From Phyllobates terribilis (lineage: Eukaryota), in NCBI RefSeq assembly GCF_046119375.1, contig NW_027362765.1, positions 231,508,001 through 231,572,000 of the forward strand: DNA of 64,000 bases, read 5' to 3'. Within the stretch, counting starts at the first letter, position 1; each line of letters opens with the position of its first letter. The translations under genes were made by a program, and so were the position numbers. The notes below the pieces were generated by a model, which saw nothing but the letters and a program-made list of their open reading frames with translations, made no database searches and had not been told where the DNA came from. Of this stretch, positions 11,454-22,953 are shown piece by piece.

Positions 11454-12326
11454 CTAAAGATAAAGGACATTAGACCACTTAAACTATATTCATGTCCAGG
11501 GTCATTTTACTTTGGGTATAAAAATTAAAGAGTAACTTTCAAGAATATGCTATCTTGTATGTACATGAACACCATTTCATGACTTGTATTCTGCATTGTC
11601 ATCAGTTTTTTTAAACTACATACGGTCTCTCAATTTGCAATTGACTCTGAGGTGGTGGGTGCAAACAAGCTGCTCTGATCTCTCCCATACAGAGCACAGT
11701 ACACGGGGATGGATGCATGCTCTTTTTAAGGAATAGAGTACAGATACCAGCAGCCAGGTTAATTAAACTACATTACAGAACTGTCAAAATGTGACTGATG
11801 CTGTGCGATGAGGCTACAGACTTGTTAAGCACACAGGAAGGTAGTGCCGAGCTGTGTTTCCTCACGCCTCCTCCTTCCTACAGTGTAATGGGCTGTGTTA
11901 CAGGTCACCACACGGACCTGGAAAGTCCACAGAGCATTTTCTTTTCAGAGTGGATGGTGAGTTCAAGAAGCAGGTGAAGTGTTTGATAAGTGGGGAAGGA
12001 GGCAGATCTGATATTAAAAGTTTCTTATATTCACCTTGATTGAAAGCGTTTGTTGTATAGTCCCTTTTGGAGGCTTATTTCAGATGGCTTGACTCCATGC
12101 ATTAGAGTTCGATCTACATAGAACTCAGATGGAAGTTTAATTTGATCGTGCTAATGGGTGTTGAATTATTTCACAAGAAGCTTAATAGAGCAGCAATAAC
12201 TAAAACATATTGTCACAGATGCCAACTTTACCCTCCGAGTGACAGAGCCAATTTTGAGCTTAATGCCCAAGTCCCATTAAAAGTCTGACCCGTGTCACCT
12301 TGTGGTGATAATTCTGGAAAGATATA

Positions 12327-13956
12327 CATTACAGACCAAAAGTTTGGACACATCTTCTCATTTACAGGTTTTCCTGTATTTTCATGACTATAAAAATTGT
12401 ACATTCACATTGAAGGCATCAAAACTATGAATTAACACATGTGGAATTATATACTTAACAAAAAAGTGTGAAACAACTGAAAATATGTCTTATATTCTAG
12501 GTTCTTCAAAGTAGCCACATTTTGCTTTGATGACTGCTTTGCACACTCTTGGCATTCTCTTGATGAGCTTCAAGAGGTAGTCACCGGAAATGGTTTTCCA
12601 ACAATCTTGAAGGAGTTCCCAGAGATGCTTAGCACTTGTTGTCCCTTTCGTCTTCACTCTGCGGTCCAGCTCACCCCAAACCATCTCGATTGGGTTCAGG
12701 TCTGGTGACTGTGGAGGCCAGGTCATCTGGCGTAGCACTCCATCACTCTCCCTCTTGGTCAAATAGCCCTTACACAGCCCGGAGGTGTGTTTGGGGTCAC
12801 TGTCCTGTTGAAAAATAAGTGATGGTCCAACTAAATGCAAACCAGATGGAATAGCATGCCGCTGCAAGATGCTGTGGTACCCATGCTGGTTCAGTATGCC
12901 TTCAATTTTGAATAAATCCCCAACAGTGTCACCAGCAAAGCATCCCCACACCATCACACCACCTCTTCCATGCTTCACGGTGGGAACCAGGCATGTAGAG
13001 TCCATCCGTTCACCTTTTTTGCGTCGCACAAAGACACGGTGGTTGGAACCAAAGATCTCAAATTTGCCCTCATCAGACCAAAGCACAGATTTCCACTGGT
13101 CTAATGTCCATTCCTTGTGTTCTTTAGCCCAAACAAGTCTCTTCTGCTTGTTGCCTGTCCTTAGCAGTGGTTTCCTAGCAGCTATTTTACCATGAAGGCC
13201 TGCTGCACAAAGTCTCCTCTTAACAGTTGTTGTAGAGATGTGTCTGCTGCTAGAACTCTGTGTGGCATTGACCTGGTCTCTCATCTGAGCTGCTGCTAAC
13301 CTGCGATTTTTGAGGCAGGTGACTCAGATAAACTTATCCTCAGAAGCAGAGGTGACTCTTGGTCTTCCTTTCCTGGGGCGGTCCTCATGTGAACCAGTTT
13401 CTTTGTAGCGCTTGATGGTTTTTGCAAATGCACTTGGGGACACTTTCAAAGTTTGCCCAATTTTTCGGACTGACTGACCTTCATTTCTTAAAGTAATGAT
13501 GGCCACTCGTTTTTCTTTACTTAGCTGCTTTTTTCTTGCCATAATACAAATTCTAACAGTCTATTTAGTAGGACTAACAGCTGTGTATTCACCTGACTTC
13601 TGCACAACACAACTGATGGTCCCAACCCCATTTATAAGGCAAGAAATCCCACTTATTAAACCTGACAGGGCACACCTGTGAAGTGAAAACCATTTCCGGT
13701 GACTACCTCTTGAAGCTCATCAAGAGAATGCCAAGAGTGTGCAAAGCAGTCATCAAAGCAAAAGGTGGCTACTTTGAAGAACCTAGAATATAAGACATAT
13801 TTTCAGTTATTTCACACTTTCTTGTTAAGTATATAATTCCACATGTGTTAATTCATAGTTTTGATGCCTTCAGTGTGAATGTACAATTTTCAAAGTCATG
13901 AAAATACAGAAAAATCTGTAAATGAGGAGGTGTGTCCAAACTTTTGGTCTGTACTG
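12327..13956 (-). mobile_element. DD38E (Intruder-type) Tc1-like transposon, copy A; 350-codon transposase with one premature stop
   Basis: TA-flanked ~270-bp TIRs; ORF 13542-12490 in one frame, broken only by TGA at 13326-13324 (CGA in copy B); 38 residues between D of QQDSD and E of DLNPIE. Confidence 0.92.
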
Positions 13957-14730
13957 TATATATCACAGTGATGGGATTTTTTTTATGATAACATTGTTAG
14001 CAGCAAATTTAGATTTAAAGTTTATCAAATTTTAATATTTTCACAAAATAAAATTAAAGTTAGACACTTTTAAACTTTAAATACTTACAGGTGTATCTCA
14101 CTAAATTAGAATATCATCAAAAAGTTCATTTATTTCAGTTCTTCTGTCCAAAAAGTGAAACTCATATTATATAGAGTCATTACAAACAGAGTGATCTATT
14201 TCAAGTGTTTATTTCTGTTAATGTTGATGATTATGGCTTACAGCCAATGAAAGCACAAAAGTCATTATCTCAGTAAATTAGAATACAGGCTTGAAAAATG
14301 TTTTTAAAATGTGAAATGTTGGCCTACTGAAATGTATGTTCAGTAAATGCACTCAATACTTGGTCGCGGCTCCTTTTGCATCAATTACTGCATCAATGTG
14401 GCGTGGCATGGAGGCAATCAGCCTGTGGCACTGCTGAGGTGTTATGGAAGCCCAGGTTGCTTTGATAGCAGCCTTCAACTCATCTGCATTGTTGGGTCTG
14501 GTGTCTCTCATCTTCCTCTTGACAATACCAAGGTCAGACGAGTTTGCTGGCCAATCAGGCACAGCGATACTGTGGTTTTTAAACCAGGTATTGGTACTTT
14601 TGGCAGTGTGGACAGGTGCCAAGTCCTGCTGGAGAATAAAATTTCCATCTCCAGAAAGCTTGTCGGGAGAGGGAAGCATGAAGTGCTCTAAAATGTCCTG
14701 GTAGACGGCTGCACTGACTTTGGTCTTGAT

Positions 14731-15024
14731 TAGGGTTGAGCGAGTATGTTCTGTCCGAGTATGCTCGGGCTGAGCTCCGAGTATTTACAGCTGCTTGGTG
14801 ATATGGTTGAATCGCTCCCGTGTGCATGATTTGCAACTGTTTGACAGTTATTACATGTGAGGAATGTCTTTCTTACATTCCTCACATGTAATAAAGCTGT
14901 CCAACAGTTGCAAATCATGCACACGGGAGCGATTTAACCTCATCACTGAGCAGCTGTAAATACTCGGAGCTCAGCCCGAGCATACTCGGCGAAAGGGTTA
15001 ATAGAACATACTCGCTCAACACTA
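14731..15024. mobile_element. hAT MITE (tagggttgagcgag...ctcgctcaacacta), copy 1
   Basis: Perfect 8-bp TSD gtcttgat (14723-14730 and 15025-15032) interrupting the Tc1 transposase; long inverted arms. Confidence 0.92.
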
Positions 15025-15748
15025 GTCTTGATAAAACACAGTGGACCTACACCAGCAGATGACATGGCTCCCCAAACCATCACTGATTGTGGAAACTTCA
15101 CACTAGACCTCAAGCAGCTTGGATTGTGGCCTCTCCACTCTTCCTCCAGACTCTGGGACCTAAATTTCCAAAAGAAATGCAAAATTTACTTTCATCTGAA
15201 AACAACACCTTGGACCACTAACCAACAGTCCAGGTCTTTTTTTCCTTGGCCCAGGTAAGACACTTCTGACGTTGTCTATTGGTCATGGGTGACTTGACAC
15301 AAGGAATGCGACACTTGTAGCCGATGTCCTGGATACGTCTGTGTGGTGGCTCTTGAAGCAATGACTCCAGCAGCAGTCCACTCCTAGTGAATCTCCCCCA
15401 AGTTTTTTAATGGCCTTTTCTTAATCCTTTCAAGGCTGCGGATATCCCGGTTGCTTGTGCACCTCTTCCTACCACACTTTTTCTTTCTATTCAACTTTCC
15501 ATTAATATGTTTGGATACAGTCCTCGGTGAACAGCCAGCTTCTTTAGCAATGACCTTTTGTGGCTTACCCTCCTTGTGGAGTGTGTCAATGACTGCCTTC
15601 TGGACATCTGTCAAGTCAGCAGTCTTCCCCATGATTGTGAAGATTACTGAAACAGACTAAGGGACCTTTTTAAATGCTTAGGAAGCCTTTGCAGGTGTTT
15701 AATTATTTTAATTTACTGAATGATTTTTGTGTTTTCATTGGCTGTAAG

Positions 15749-16411
15749 TTTTCAAGCAAGATAGTTAAAATATAACATTTATTAGATATACATTAAAATT
15801 ATTTCCTATCAAGTAAAGAACCCAAAAGGGCCAGATAGTGAACCCTGGGTCTTCTGAATATTTCAGTCTCCCCTAACGAATCTACTTTAGGAGGAAACGT
15901 GTTGGGAGCAGGATACCTCCAGTATGTTTTGGTCATGAAGTTTAGGATGACATCATACCAGGATGAATCAAGCCATGATGCACTTTAGGATTGGGTGAGA
16001 TTGTTTCAATTTGTTTAATATAACAACAACCCTAAGGATTCCTTCAGTGGTGGCTTTGTTGATTTTCCCTGACATAGTCCACGGTACCTTATTGAATAGA
16101 GGTCATGTGGGATTCTAATGTATAATCCATGCTACCTTTTGTGTTTAAAGGACACATGCGAGTTTATTGTATACCTATTTTTGAGCGCACACATGGTATC
16201 CCTATATTGACATGTTGAGGTGTGTTTCGCATGTATACACCATCATAATTTATTGATGGTAATTCAAAAGACCTAGGGTTCACTATCTGGCCCATTAGGG
16301 TTCTTTACTTGATAGGAAATAATTTTAATGTATATCTAATAAATGTTAGTTAAAATATATCTTGCTTGAAAATTGAGTATTCTGGTGGTTACCCCGATAG
16401 CTTGTTATATA
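15749..16411 (+). mobile_element. Penelope-like / retrozyme-like insertion with inverted terminal arms and hammerhead motif
   Basis: 15-bp direct repeat ttcattggctgtaag at 15734-15748 and 16412-16426; ~105-bp inverted arms 15749-15853 / 16268-16372; hammerhead-like motif 15868-15908; AATAAA at 16338-16343. Confidence 0.65.
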
Positions 16412-16603
16412 TTCATTGGCTGTAAGCCATAATCATCAGCATTAACAGAAATAAACACTTGAAATAGATCACTGTTTATAATGACTCTATAAGAGTTTGA
16501 GTTTCACTTTTTGTACTTAAGATAAATGAACGGAAATAAATTAACTTTTCGATGATATTCTAATTTAGTGAATAAAGTACTTGTATATATCCTTAAAGGG
16601 AAT

Positions 16604-16899
16604 GAGACCATATGCTGGTGTGGTTGGCCCTGGGTTCCTCCTAATGCAGGACAATGCCAGACCTCATGTGGCTGGAGTGTGTCAGCAGTTCCTGCAAGAT
16701 GAAGGCATTGAAGCTATGGACTGGCCCGTCCGTTCCCCAGACCTGAATCCGATTGAGCACATCTGGGACATCATGTCTCGCTCCATCCACCAACGTCACG
16801 TTGCACCACAGACTGTCCAGGAGTTGACGGATGCTTTAGTCCAGGTCTGGGAGGAGATCCCACAGGAGACCATCCGCAACCTCATCAGGAGCATGCCCA
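16604..16899 (+). mobile_element. Tc1 DD34E transposase C-terminal fragment
   Basis: MQDNARPHVAGVCQQFLQDEGIEAMDWPVRSPDLNPIEHIWD (34 residues between D and E). Confidence 0.85.
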
Positions 16900-17590
16900 C
16901 TTGCTGAGTAGGCAAAAGAAAAGGCCTCCCTAGTGATTTGGGGTTTTGAGGCTTTAACCCATTACTTGCCAAATTAGCAATTTTCATTTTTTTTTTTTTT
17001 TTTTTGGACCTAATTAGAAAATCTTAGCCGCTAGAAGCAAAAAATTAGGCGTCCCAAAAAAAAGGACATTGGTAGATAATGGGTTAAAGCGCACCTGTCA
17101 GCAGGATTGTGCTCAGTAAACCACATACACTGTCAGGTGGGCGACATTACACTGAGTAAAATGATACCTTGGTTGATGATATCCGTCCTGTGGTTCTTGT
17201 GTAATCTTTACTTTCAGTTTGGAGATAATGATATGCTCATGCTGTGGGGGGGCGCTCTAGCTGGTGCTCTGCTTACATATTCAGCTATATGCTCTTATGA
17301 CAACTCACTGATCTGCTTCCTATTTTACATCTAGTAGTGTGGGGCTAGGTAACATAGGGGCAGGTCAGTGAAGGCACAGTCGTATGTTACAAAAATGTGA
17401 GCACTATAGGATTATTAGATTTAGCGCTGTGCCCACTCCAGTCTCAGGGTCGGTGATGGTCCTGGTTTTCATACTCCCACTGATCAGAAAGTGATGGCAT
17501 ATCACCTTAGAGGATAGATTAAATGTTTAAAGAAATTTTCATGACTAAAAACACAAAAAAAAAAAAAAAAAAAACCACACCATAACTTAC

Positions 17591-17816
17591 TTTAAGTATT
17601 TGTAGATCAGCTCCTCCCGGGTGAGCAGCTCTTCAGGGAAAGGGACGGTTGGCATAGTGAACTGATGCTGCAGGGGGCTTTCTTGGGAGCGGTGGAAGGA
17701 AGCCTGACAGGTGAGGATCGGTAGTCCATGCTGGACTGCCTTAACTGACCGTACACTGAAACTTCGCCCATCTCGTGTCCGCTCCACTTGGTACAACACT
17801 GGAACCTTGGGGTCCC
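17591..17816 (-). CDS. ACOT8: Acyl-CoA thioesterase 8, exon 3
   Basis: DPKVPVLYQVERTRDGRSFSVRSVKAVQHG...QHQFTMPTVPFPEELL; AG at 17818-17817, donor GTAAGT at 17590; 226 nt. Confidence 0.95.
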
Positions 17817-19724
17817 CTAGTGGTGGACATAAGCAACAGTTATTGTAAGGGAGAAGACAGACCTCTGGCACCCATTTAATATACCGTAAATAGAATAGGA
17901 AAAGATGGCTCTGCGACTATTTAGGACTGTGAGCTGCCAGCAAAAGTTATCTTATGGGAATCAACTGCACAGCTGTGGAGTATGGCATATGTGGAAAGAG
18001 GACAGCTGAAAGTGGCTCAATGACTCCTGTGTGATCGTGGGTGGGCCTAGTACTGCGAGGAGAGACCCCTGTGAATGGAGCAGAGCAGCAGGACCAGGCA
18101 CAAGGATGCGGCTTCCTCAGTCTGCTGTGAGGTCCCACAATCGTCCATCGGTGTAACATCACCAGAATCTCCCTTTAGCCCTTTCACTGGAGGAAAAATG
18201 TCCTGACTTTTATCAAACCACTCTAACCAGAAACAAACTTACAAAAAAAACACTATAAAACTCATGTTTTTGACAAAGTCAGACAGAAGCAAAGTGCACA
18301 ACACCCATCCTAAAAATATGATATGCAGAGTTCATACATGCCACTTATGCCTTTACATGTACATATTTCTGTCCTTGGCCTACGGGTGCAGAACACTGTC
18401 TGAAAGGGAACAATCCCTTTAACCTTAAGTCCTAATATTCCCAATGTCACATATCACATACATACTAGACAGTAAGAGTTTAAAGTGGACCTGTCACTTG
18501 CCATACATAGGTAGTTTTTAGGCCAGGACTACATGGTGACGAGTCAACATGATTTTCTGTCACCAGTCACAAATTGTAAGTCACATGCGACTGCGACTTG
18601 TGCGAGACTTATTTGGCCTTTATTTTTTAATGGCAAAATCACAGCTCTAATATAGCGGCCCAACAGCAAGTTACACAATTTGTCAATGAATTATTGTCAT
18701 GCGTCACAGTCTAGCCCCAGCCTTATCTGGTGTAAAGGTCACAGTCATCCTGAATCTGCTCTATTGTTCCTTTAATATGGCCCCCTCTTGCCTGTAATCT
18801 AGTCTTCTTAGCCAAGTGGGAGTGGTTCATAACTCCTCTATGAGAGTCTTCTTGATGATAATGCTTAGTTGGGCAAAAATTAGATTTATATAGAAGAAAG
18901 AGGGGGCATCTCAGGAACGGAGAGGCACAGGAGTAAAAAAAAAAAAGCCATATTTAGAACAGGGTTAAAAAAAAAAAAAAAAAAATGTGACAGAGTCAAA
19001 CTAGTAGGTGCTATGATTTAAGATGATAATTGATCTAAAAAGCATCAGTTTTTACTATTGTTGGGGCTAGATATTCCGGTCTTTGTTAGCAGATGCAGGC
19101 ATCCTACTAAATTCAGAAGTTAGTCTAACCCTTGGTTCACACACTGGCTATTTGGTGCAGTTTTAAAGCACAGATTTTCCACAGCATTTTACAATACAAT
19201 AAGCAAAGTGGATGAGTTTTAACAGAATCTCATGCACCTGCTGTTTTTGTGTGGCACCCGCCTGCAGATTGGCTTTTGCTTTTCTTTTTATATGCAGCAT
19301 GTAAAGTTCTGTGGCAGAAATGCACATTTTTTGACATGGACTTTACATATTCATTTCAATGGGGACCCTAAATCTGCAGTTTATAAGTGACCTGGTGTTG
19401 TCCTGTTGTGCTTTTTGTTAATTGCAACAAAAAACAGATGTAAAAATGCATAAAAAGTGCAAAAATTATGCACAGATTTTTTTGCAGTAACTGCAGATTT
19501 CATTTTAGAAATCTGCATATAAAAAAATCCTACCATATATGCAATGTGTGAACCTAGCCTAAGCATGCTCTTAGAAATTCCAGATAGCTGATATATTGGA
19601 CTAAACTACTCCTGGCATACAACACTTAGGAGCTCCTGCTCAGGGGGCTGTACAGCAGTCTTCCACAGTATCCCTTTAAACCTGTAGAGACTATCAGCAG
19701 TTACATTCTGATGGGCTCCTTAGG

Positions 19725-20440
19725 GTTAACGCTGCTTCTCATTAGGGCAGCATGTATGTGCACACGATCAGGAATTGCTTGCACAAATTTCTGCACCTCT
19801 TGGCAGCAAAAACATTGCGGAAAATCCACAGAGTTTCTGATGCGTTTTTTGTGCGTTTTTGCCACGTGTTTTTTCCAATGCATTGTATTGGAAAAATGCA
19901 GGCCAAAATGCACAAAGAATGGACATGCTGCTTCTTTTTCTGCACATGAAATTCAGTCAGGAAAAATCCTGATTATGTGCACCGATCTTGCAAAATGTCA
20001 TAGGAAATCATGGGATAAGGTTTGCAATGTGTTTTTGGCTAAATTCTGTGCGGAAAAAAAAAACGAACAAAAAAAACGCACCAAAAATAGCTTAGGGTAT
20101 GTGCGCATGATCAGGAAATGCTTGCAGAAATTTGTGCAAGGTTCTGCATCTTTTGGCAGCAAAAACGCTGCGGAAATTCCGCGTGTTTTTTTGCATTTAC
20201 ATGCGTTTTTGCCATGCATTTTTTCCAATGCATTGCATAGGAAAAACGCAGGCCAAAATGCACAAAGAATGGACATGCTGCTTCTTCTAATGCAAATGAA
20301 ATTCTGTAAGGAAAATTCCTGATCATGTGCACAGATCTTGCGAAAACTCATAGGAAATGCTGGGATAAGGTGTGCAATGCATTTTTTGGGGCCAAATCTG
20401 TGCGGAATTACAGCATCAAAAGCACACAGTGTGCACATAG
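19725..20440. repeat. Two tandem ~350-bp copies of a MITE-like repeat
   Basis: Block gatcaggaa(t/a)tgcttgca...caggccaaaatgcacaaagaatggacatgctgcttc occurs at ~19760-19935 and ~20108-20287; explains the spurious ORFs here. Confidence 0.7.
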
Positions 20441-20773
20441 CCTTATAATGGATTAGATGGTAAAAAGTGGCAGACATGGGGAGATATGTCGCTGGCTCAG
20501 ACCTTTCCTTATAAGCAAATAGAGACCTGATAAATAAGATGCGGGTGGAAAGAGTGGTCTTTAAAACATAATTTGTGTAAAACTGGAGCCTGCTGTCATT
20601 TAATGCCCTCAGAAGTTGTCAGCAAATGTAGCCAAGTTCCCTTTAACCAGGCACATTGTAATTTTTTTCATTTGTACATGTGCCTTGAACAACTAAAAAA
20701 AGTTCTCTCCTACAGGTGTCAAAATAATTAACGATTTGAAAAAAAAGATAGATAGATATCTATCTATCTATAC

Positions 20774-21489
20774 ACACACACACCGAATATACTTTAGTGT
20801 AAGCTGAGTTTTTCAACACATTTTGTGCGCTGGAAAAGCCCCCCTCGGCTTATACTCGGGTATATAGAAATGCCGTTGGTGGATAGTGGAGGGGGGTTGG
20901 GGAGTTGCGGTGGCGGAGGAGTGGGGCGAGTTGCTGCAGCTACCGCTTGTGCCCGCTGCTAAAGGGACATGAATATTCCCTCTTCTCCACTCCCATGGGC
21001 GTGGAGAAGAATGAATATTCATTCTCTTTAGTAGCGCTGAGCCGTAGCGCCTGCTACTAAAGAGAATGCATAGTCACTCTTCTCCATGCCCATACCCATA
21101 GTCCCAGTGTGCAGAGGAGTGAATATGCTGGCAGCTCACATCAGCGTCTAAGAGCGCATGGCTGTGACGTCATGCGCTGCTCAGATGCTGACATGAGCTG
21201 CTGCAGCAGAACAGGACGCAGCGCTGGAGTAGAGGTGAGGAAGTTAGACGAGTAAGTGTTTATTTTTTTATGTGAACAGTTATGGATGCCATAAATACCA
21301 GGATTGAAAGGGGGGGGGGTGAGGGGTGCCATGCATACCAGGATTGAGAGATGAGGGGGCCATGCATACCAGGATGGGGAAATTTACCAGCAGCTGCTGC
21401 ATTTCCCACCCTAGGCTTATACTCGAGTCAATACGTTTTACCAGTTTTTTGTGGTAAAATTAGGTGCCTCGGCTTATACACGAGTATAT
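20774..21489. mobile_element. Tigger/TcMar-like non-autonomous element (related fragment ~40130-40430)
   Basis: Decayed TIR ccgaatatactttagtgtaagctgag / ctcggcttatacacgagtatat; internal gtgcccgctgctaaag also present inverted at ~40180. Confidence 0.55.
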
Positions 21490-21824
21490 TTGGGGCTTTA
21501 TATACATACATTAAAAAATATATATATTTTTTTTGCTGATATTGGAGGAAAATGTAATTTCACTTTAATTGTATTTTTCTATACTTTAACGATCACAAAG
21601 GACTTCTTGAACATCATAAATTGCACTCCACTTTCCATTGAAATTTTTATGTTTTCAACATTTTTTTCTCAACACGGGCGGGGCTAGAAACAGCAATTTG
21701 GACTGGTGGTATTCTTTATTATGTTTGGTTTTTATTTTCTTACTTTTTTTTCCATTTATTTCAGACACTAGTCCAACTCAGAGGGTTTAAAATACCTTTG
21801 GTGGGGGGAGGGGCATTTGAACAC

Positions 21825-22068
21825 ATTTATCTTACTCACTTACATAGCACCATTACTTCCACAGCGCTTTACAGACATCATCATCACTGTACCCATTGTG
21901 GCTCACAATCTATATTCCCTATCAGTCTTCAGCATGTGGGAAGAAACCGGAGAAAACCCACACAAACATGGGGAGAACATACAAACTCCTCGCAGATGTT
22001 GTTCTTAGTGGGATTTGAACCAAGAGCTGCAAGGCAACAGTGCCAACCACTTAACAACCGTGCTGCCC
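21825..22068 (-). mobile_element. tRNA-derived SINE, copy 2
   Basis: Reverse complement begins gggcagcacggttgttaagtggttggc and follows copy 1 through the tgtaaagcgctgtggaa tail. Confidence 0.85.
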
Positions 22069-22816
22069 TAATGTAATGAACTCTTCCTCTCCATGTCACT
22101 CAAGGTTCGGCTTTTGGACCTCAACAGTATACATCTCCAAATCATTGTGCCCTTGGTGGATTGTGAAGATGAAGACTTCATTATTAGTGATGAGCATGTG
22201 CACTCACCACTTGAGTGACATCGGGGCTGCTCGGGCATACATCGAGCTCCGCGGGTGCTCGAGTCCCAGCCCTGCACGCCTCGTGGCTGTTAGACAGCCA
22301 ACAAACATGGAGGTATTGCCTACCATACGTTCTTTTTATTGCAAATTTCCCTTCTAACTGGGGTTGGTATATTATTTTTCTTAGGACCCAGCTATCACAT
22401 GATCACCAGCACCGGAGGAGAAACTCCAGCTCATGCTTTCTAACCTGTATACACAACACTTGTTCAGCACTATATACAGCAATCAAAAAACAGAAATGGT
22501 AATATGCCATGTCTGCCTACTCTATGGGGAGTACAGCTGTGTCTGATAGCTGTATATCCTGCCACCATAACTGCATAATCTCATGCAAGCAGCTTACTCT
22601 GAATTGACGATTTAGAACATAATTGAAGAGTAAAATGCAATTTGCACAGGATTTTAAAGTCCATGCCAGTCCAGAGCTAGTCAAATATATTTATAGACCA
22701 AAAACACACACACACACACACACCACAAAATTAAAGCAAAATGGCCTTTACTGCTATATAAAGCTCTGTGATGAAAACAGATTATATTAATGCAAGTAAA
22801 ATGGTATACCCATTAC

Positions 22817-22953
22817 CTGTTCGTACAAAGTAGCAGTGAAGAGAATGGACATACTCTACATCACTCACAGAGCTAGCGGCTGCCACAAGTGCTTGCCCAA
22901 CAATCTGACCACCAAACAGTCTCTGCGTGGTAGGGACCCAATGATGAGAACCT
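22817..22953 (-). CDS. ACOT8: Acyl-CoA thioesterase 8, exon 2
   Basis: GSHHWVPTTQRLFGGQIVGQALVAAA...HSLHCYFVRT (hotdog-fold thioesterase II motif); AG at 22955-22954, donor GTAATG at 22816; 137 nt. Confidence 0.95.

Larger units (their letters stand above)
14088..16583 (-). mobile_element. Decayed Tc1 transposon carrying two nested insertions
   Basis: TA-flanked ends with ...ctcactaaattagaatatcatcaaaaagtt / aacttttcgatgatattctaatttagtgaata...; fragments MGKTADLTDVQKAVIDTLHKEGKPQKVIAKEAGCS and QQDLAPVHTAKSTNTWF. Confidence 0.85.

Noticed and set aside
17820-17871. ORF-track N-terminus MPEVCLLPYNNCC on ACOT8 exon 3
   Set aside because: Intronic read-through upstream of the acceptor at 17818-17817.
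19711-20477. Overlapping 60-200 aa ORFs
   Set aside because: They derive from a tandem MITE-like repeat.
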